Assembly: GCA_044223005.1 (NCBI GenBank)
Contig: JBGAML010000017.1
Span: 32,001 to 96,000 of the forward strand
Direction: 5' to 3'
DNA: 64,000 bases
Source: Candidatus Eiseniibacteriota bacterium
Lineage (GTDB): Bacteria > Eisenbacteria > RBG-16-71-46
A program made the translations under genes and the position numbers. Below are positions 59,445 through 64,000 of the stretch, one piece after another; position 1 is the first letter of the stretch, and each line of letters begins with the position of its first letter. The notes beneath the pieces are model-generated. The model saw nothing but the letters and a program-made list of their open reading frames with translations. It did no database searches and was not told the origin of the DNA.

Positions 59445-59669
59445 CTAGACCGTCACCACCCGGGTCACCCCGGGCAGCTTGTGACGCAGGTAGCGCTCGA
59501 TCCCGTTGCGGAGCGTCGTCGTGGAGCTGGAGCAGCCCACGCACGACCCCATCAGCCGGATCGTCACCGTCCCGTCGTCCGACACCCCCAGCAGCTCCAG
59601 GTCCCCGCCGTCGGGCTGGACCACGTTCGTCCGCAGTTGTTCGACCACTTTCGCGACATCTTCACGCAT
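59445..59669 (-). CDS. NifU C-terminal/Nfu domain protein
   Basis: DGGDLEL, IRLMGSCVGCSSSTTTLRNGIE. Confidence 0.92.
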   Translation of the reverse strand: MREDVAKVVEQLRTNVVQPDGGDLELLGVSDDGTVTIRLMGSCVGCSSSTTTLRNGIERYLRHKLPGVTRVVTV

Positions 59670-59749
59670 GGCGCCTCCAGGCTCCCGCGCCGGGCCGCCG
59701 ACGATGCCGGAGGCATCGGGACCGCACCTTCCCGCAGGGAGAACGAAGT

Positions 59750-59778
59750 AGATTATGGAGACGGTCGCGCCGCGTCAA
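59750..59778 (-). promoter_or_regulatory. putative sigma70 promoter of the nfu...ccm operon
   Basis: minus strand TTGACG-17 nt-TAATCT. Confidence 0.6.
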
Positions 59779-59923
59779 AGCCGCGGGCCGGGCTCGGCGG
59801 GGAGAATTGGCCGCCCCGTGACCTTTGATGCGCCGAAGGGCGAAGCCTGTTCGCCCGGAACGCCCGTGAGGGCGCTCCGGGCGGCTCACCGCGTCCGGCC
59901 GGGCGCCGGTCGCGGGAGGCGGT

Positions 59924-61018
59924 TCAGGAGCCGGAGAGCGACCAGCGGCCGCGCAGCGCGAGGCCGGCGCGGGTCTGGGTGAAGTCGGTCTGCTCCTCCG
60001 GGATCGCGATCCCGGGCGGGAACGCGGCGTCGCTGGTGAGGCGGCTCCAGTGCGCGACGGCCTCGATCGGGCCCCACACCCGCTGCGTGGCGCGCAGTTC
60101 GACGAAGCGGCGGTGGTTCACGCGTCCGTAGCGCAGCACGTCGAACTTGTCCGCGGTGCGGTAGGTGCGGTCCTCGGGCTGCCACTCGGCGTCGAACCGG
60201 CCTCGCGTCCGCCCGTGCCCCCACGGCAACGAAGCGGAGACACCGATCCCGTCGTGGTCGTACGAGATGTCGGTGTCGCGCACGGGCGTGTCCGCAAGTT
60301 CGCCCCGCGCCGCGAGCCGGCCCGTGATCCAGGTGACGCCGGCCGTCGCGCCCCACGCGCGCAAGGGCTGGACGCGGGCTTCGAGCGTCCAGGCGTCGTC
60401 GTCGTTGTCGCGTTCGGCGAAGTGCGGGCCGTAGTCGCGGTGCTGGCGGTCGAACCCGGCCGACCACGACACGCGCCCGCGCAGCAGCCGCTGGTCCAGC
60501 CGGGCGCCGAGCGTGCGCTGCGCGTACTGCAGCGACTGGCGGATGCGCCGGCCGGCCGCGAACGACTCGTCGGGGTCGGTGACCTCGCCGAGGTAGTACT
60601 TCGGCAGCGACTCGCCCGAGAGCGTGAGCGTGGTCAGCATCCGGCGCGACGCGGTCAGTTCCTGGCGGACCGAGCCCGAGAGCTCGTTCCAGTTGCAGAC
60701 GTCGTTGCGCGCGTACTGGTGCGCCTCGAACGCGGCGGCGAAGCGCGTCTGCCGGCGGCGGACCAGGTGCGACTGCCACGCGCCCGAGAGCGCCAGCGTC
60801 GAAACGTCGTCGTCCGGCGTGTCGATCCGGAAGCGCGGCATGCCGGGCGTCGCGGTCAGCTGGTCGAGCCGCCGCGACGTCAGCTGCAGCACGTTGTCGT
60901 CATGGGAACGTTCGAGGCTCGCGCCCAGCGTCCAGTCCGCCCGGGCCGCCGCGGGCCGCGCGCCCGCGGCGAGCAGCACCGCGGCCAGCGCGAGCGGGAA
61001 CATCGCGTGCTTCGTCAT
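59924..61018 (-). CDS. probable outer-membrane beta-barrel protein
   Basis: GGAGGA SD; signal MTKHAMFPLALAAVLLAAGARPAAA; HDDNV near the N-terminus; amphipathic beta strands throughout. Confidence 0.7.
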   Translation of the reverse strand: MTKHAMFPLALAAVLLAAGARPAAARADWTLGASLERSHDDNVLQLTSRRLDQLTATPGMPRFRIDTPDDDVSTLALSGAWQSHLVRRRQTRFAAAFEAHQYARNDVCNWNELSGSVRQELTASRRMLTTLTLSGESLPKYYLGEVTDPDESFAAGRRIRQSLQYAQRTLGARLDQRLLRGRVSWSAGFDRQHRDYGPHFAERDNDDDAWTLEARVQPLRAWGATAGVTWITGRLAARGELADTPVRDTDISYDHDGIGVSASLPWGHGRTRGRFDAEWQPEDRTYRTADKFDVLRYGRVNHRRFVELRATQRVWGPIEAVAHWSRLTSDAAFPPGIAIPEEQTDFTQTRAGLALRGRWSLSGS

Positions 61019-61044
61019 CGAGTCTCCGTCCTCCTCGGGTGGGA

Positions 61045-63309
61045 TCAGTCGAGCAGCACGAACCGGCGCGTGGTGCCCGGGCCGCCGGGCGTCACGAGCC
61101 GCGCGTAGTACAGGCCCGCCGCGAGCCGGACACCGTCGTCCCCGCGTCCGTTCCAGGCCACGCTCACCGGCGCGCTCGCCTCGCCACGCCAGATCGTCGC
61201 GACGCGCCGGCCCGCGACGTCCCAGACGCCGAGTTCCGAGCCGGGGCCCGCGCCGGAGAAGCCGAACCGCAGCGCGCCGCGCGCCGGGTTGGGCCACGCC
61301 GCCAGCGCGAGCGGCCGCGCGGCCGGCGCCGGCGCGGCGAGCGCGATGGGCTGCAGCGCGACGTCCGCCAGCGCGAGGTCGCCGGTGACCACGACGCCGT
61401 AGCGCCACTCCCCCGCGTACGCCGAGCCGGGCGCGGGCACGTAGTGCAGGTCCCACGTCCCGGGCACCAGCACCACGGCATACGTCCCGAGCGCTCCGGT
61501 GAGATGGTGCGGTGTCCAGACCGGCGTGTTCCCACCCGCCGGGAACACGTCGATCGTCACGCCCGCGAGCGGCAGGAACGTCGACGCGTCGCGCACGGTG
61601 CCGGACACGAAACCGCCGCTCGCCAGCGTCGGCGGCGCGATGAACTGGCTCGAGAAGAGCGCGAGCCCGGGCTGCTCCGCCGGGCGCAGACGCGCGAGCG
61701 AGGAGGGCACGTACTTGAGGTCGTAGCTCCCCGGCGGCACCAGCAGGTTGAACGTGCCGTCGGCCGCGGTCTGGTCGTTGGGCGTGTAGATCTTGGTGGC
61801 CGACCCCGCCGGATAGAAGTCGAGGTCCACGCCGGAGACGACACGCGCCGAGTCGTCGAACACGGTCCCCTGGATGCGGGCGCCCGTCACCAGCGGCATC
61901 GCCGGAAGCGTCGTCGTGGCCGCCACCGTGACGGACGGCTGCGAACCCGGAGCGAGCCCGGTGCAGTCGGGCGCGTCGTACTCCACGTCGTACGTGCCCG
62001 GGGCCAGCACGATGGTGAAGTTGCCCGCGGCGTCGGTACCGTCGTGCGCGATGCGCTGGGACACGCGCGTCAGCGCATCGACCACGTTGACGTTCACGTT
62101 CAGCACGGGCGCGCCGCCGGGAGCGGTCACGTGGCCGCTGACGAACTGACCCGCCGCCAGCGTGACGAGGCCCAGGGACATCGGCCCGCCGACGGCGACC
62201 GAGTTCAGGTGGCCGACGAGGATCGGCTGGCCGGCGGGCGGTTCGACGTTGACGTCGTAGGTGCCCGTCGGGACGAGCACGGAGAAGCTGCCGTCGGCCG
62301 CCGTGCGGTCGTGCGTCGTCGCCTGCCGGGGCGCGCCGGCCGCGGTGACGTCGTAGAACTTGAGCTTCGCGTCCGCGAGCGGCAGGCCGTCGGGACCGTG
62401 CACGATGCCGCTGACGGCGACCGCGTCCTTGAGCTGCTCGGTCCCGAAGCTCCGGCTGCGGTCGACGATCGTCCCGGGCGAGCGGACGGACTCCAGCGCC
62501 ACGCACGCGGGCGGATCGTAGTTGAACGTCCAGGTTCCCGCGGGCACCACGACCGAGTAGTTGCCGTTGGCGTCGGTGTTGTCGTGGGCGGTGGCGAGCC
62601 GCTCGCCGGTGCAGGCGTCGTAGACGTCGATGTCGACGTTCTTGATCTTGTTGTTCCGCTTGTCGCGCACGGTGCCGGTGATCGCGAATCCCGTGCGCAG
62701 GTTGTCGACGAGCCCGGCGACGTCCGACGCCCCGACCACGAGACCGAGCCGCTCCGCGTCGGCGAACGCCGACGTCGCGGGCGGGCGGAAGTCGATGTCG
62801 TACGTCCCGGGCGGCACGCGCACGGCGTACGTTCCGGCCGCGGTGGTGACGTCCTTCGACAGGTAGACGCGATGCTGCGTCGCGCGGTCGACGAACTTGA
62901 GGTCCACGCCCGCCGCGGCGGCGAGCGCGGGCGTGCGCACCGTGCCGGAGACGAGCCGGCCCGGGTGGAGCGTCGTGACGCCGAGCGCGAGGTTGGCGGC
63001 GACCACGACGTCCTGGAAGTCCGCGGCGGCGACGGTGCTGCCAGCCGGGGGCGTGATGTGGATGTCGTAGGTACCCGCGGGCACGACGACGCTGTAGGTG
63101 CCGTCCGCCGCGGTCTTGTCGCCGGTGAGGAAGATGTTGTCGCCGCTGCAGAGATCGATGCAGTCGATGTCGACGTTGCCGAGGCCCGTGCCGGCTTCGT
63201 TGCGGACGGTGCCGCTGATCGTGAGCGCGCGCGACGCGCCCGCGAGCAGGACCAGCGCGAGACCCGCGCCCGAAACCGCGCGGATGGCGAACGAACGTCC
63301 CTGGCGCAT
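61045..63309 (-). CDS. secreted protein with about 7 carboxypeptidase-regulatory-like (transthyretin-fold) repeats and FlgD-Ig-like CTD
   Basis: Repeats (I/V)SGTV...V.(I/L)D...T.A.G.Y.V.VP.GTYD; CTD AWPNP...DVAGRRV...WNGRGDDG..LAAGLYYARL. Confidence 0.85.
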   Translation of the reverse strand: MRQGRSFAIRAVSGAGLALVLLAGASRALTISGTVRNEAGTGLGNVDIDCIDLCSGDNIFLTGDKTAADGTYSVVVPAGTYDIHITPPAGSTVAAADFQDVVVAANLALGVTTLHPGRLVSGTVRTPALAAAAGVDLKFVDRATQHRVYLSKDVTTAAGTYAVRVPPGTYDIDFRPPATSAFADAERLGLVVGASDVAGLVDNLRTGFAITGTVRDKRNNKIKNVDIDVYDACTGERLATAHDNTDANGNYSVVVPAGTWTFNYDPPACVALESVRSPGTIVDRSRSFGTEQLKDAVAVSGIVHGPDGLPLADAKLKFYDVTAAGAPRQATTHDRTAADGSFSVLVPTGTYDVNVEPPAGQPILVGHLNSVAVGGPMSLGLVTLAAGQFVSGHVTAPGGAPVLNVNVNVVDALTRVSQRIAHDGTDAAGNFTIVLAPGTYDVEYDAPDCTGLAPGSQPSVTVAATTTLPAMPLVTGARIQGTVFDDSARVVSGVDLDFYPAGSATKIYTPNDQTAADGTFNLLVPPGSYDLKYVPSSLARLRPAEQPGLALFSSQFIAPPTLASGGFVSGTVRDASTFLPLAGVTIDVFPAGGNTPVWTPHHLTGALGTYAVVLVPGTWDLHYVPAPGSAYAGEWRYGVVVTGDLALADVALQPIALAAPAPAARPLALAAWPNPARGALRFGFSGAGPGSELGVWDVAGRRVATIWRGEASAPVSVAWNGRGDDGVRLAAGLYYARLVTPGGPGTTRRFVLLD

Positions 63310-64000
63310 CAGTGCTCCCTCCCGGTTCCCGCGGCGCACGGCCGCGGATCGTCCACCGCGGCCGCCGGCACGGAGCGGGACCTGGCGGCGGATTCGGTGA
63401 ACAACTGGCGGTAACGGCCATCGCGCGCGACGAGCGCGTCGTGCGGCCCTTCCTCGACGATGCGGCCGTGGTCGAGCACCACGATCCGGTCCGCGCGCCG
63501 CACCGTGGAGGCGCGGTGCGCGATCACGAACGTGGTCCGGCCGCGCATGACGCCCGCGAGCGCGTCCTGGATCAGCACTTCGGATTCGACGTCCACGGCG
63601 GACGTGGCCTCGTCGAGCACGAGGATCGGCGGGTTGCCGAGCACGGCGCGTGCGAGCGCGATGCGCTGCAATTGGCCGCCGGAGAGGCGCTGCCCGCGCT
63701 CGCCGACCTCGGTCGCGTACCCCTCGGGCAGCCCCGAGATGAACTCGTGGGCGTTGGCGACGCGCGCCGCCTCGAGGATCTCCGCCTCGGTGGCCTCGGG
63801 GCGCCCGTAGCGGATGTTCTCCGCGATGCTCCCCGAGAACAGGATCGTCTCCTGCGTGACCACGCCGACCTGGCGGCGCAGCGAGCGGAGATCGACGTCC
63901 TTCAGGTCGGTGCCGTCGATCGTGATGCGGCCCGCGTCCGGCGCGAGGAAGCGGAGCAGCAGGTTCACCAGCGTCGTCTTGCCCGCGCCGTTGTGGCCCA
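63309..64000 (-). CDS. ABC transporter NBD, MsbA-like exporter (partial, runs off the window)
   Basis: GHNGAGKTT at the window end, [36 protein letters not shown] overlaps the next ATG. Confidence 0.92.
   Translation of the reverse strand, partial: GHNGAGKTTLVNLLLRFLAPDAGRITIDGTDLKDVDLRSLRRQVGVVTQETILFSGSIAENIRYGRPEATEAEILEAARVANAHEFISGLPEGYATEVGERGQRLSGGQLQRIALARAVLGNPPILVLDEATSAVDVESEVLIQDALAGVMRGRTTFVIAHRASTVRRADRIVVLDHGRIVEEGPHDALVARDGRYRQLFTESAARSRSVPAAAVDDPRPCAAGTGREH

Overview
Gene-dense, very GC-rich (about 70% by eye) bacterial chromosome segment with about 60 protein-coding genes. I found no rRNA, tRNA or CRISPR array. Outer-membrane beta-barrels indicate a diderm. Several secreted proteins end in FlgD-Ig/T9SS-like C-terminal domains, which together with the high GC suggests a Candidatus Eisenbacteria-like lineage (inference). 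Contents in order: LytTR regulator; OPA-family MFS transporter; an accessory patch (hypothetical gene, DUF222-like/HNH/RuvA-C nuclease, IS481 pseudogene, 141-bp palindromic element); fdhD-thyX; kynureninase-like and LOG genes opposite a MocR regulator plus Rieske gene; an HcrCAB-like molybdoenzyme with xdhC and mocA; an FAD oxidoreductase; a Ni/Co ECF transporter; a TetR-regulated YbhGFSR-like ABC exporter; class II aldolase and fbp; a signal-bearing rubrerythrin with DUF2231; prolyl oligopeptidase; an FG-GAP protein; aquaporin-arsC-HAD; a DUF6504-dinB-DUF72 cassette; a beta-barrel with a propeller lipoprotein; a BNR/PPC protein; DUF2079; a long nfu-sORF-mrp-iscS-pdxST-nrnA-ccmABCDEF operon; and an ABC exporter coupled to a CTD-bearing repeat protein and a beta-barrel. 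Best candidates for undescribed systems: (1) the DUF6504-DinB(RecA-NT motif)-DUF72 mutasome-like cassette, (2) the shared C-terminal sorting-like domain with its ABC/beta-barrel neighbours, and (3) the exported rubrerythrin with DUF2231. All calls come from motif recognition by eye; no database searches were run.
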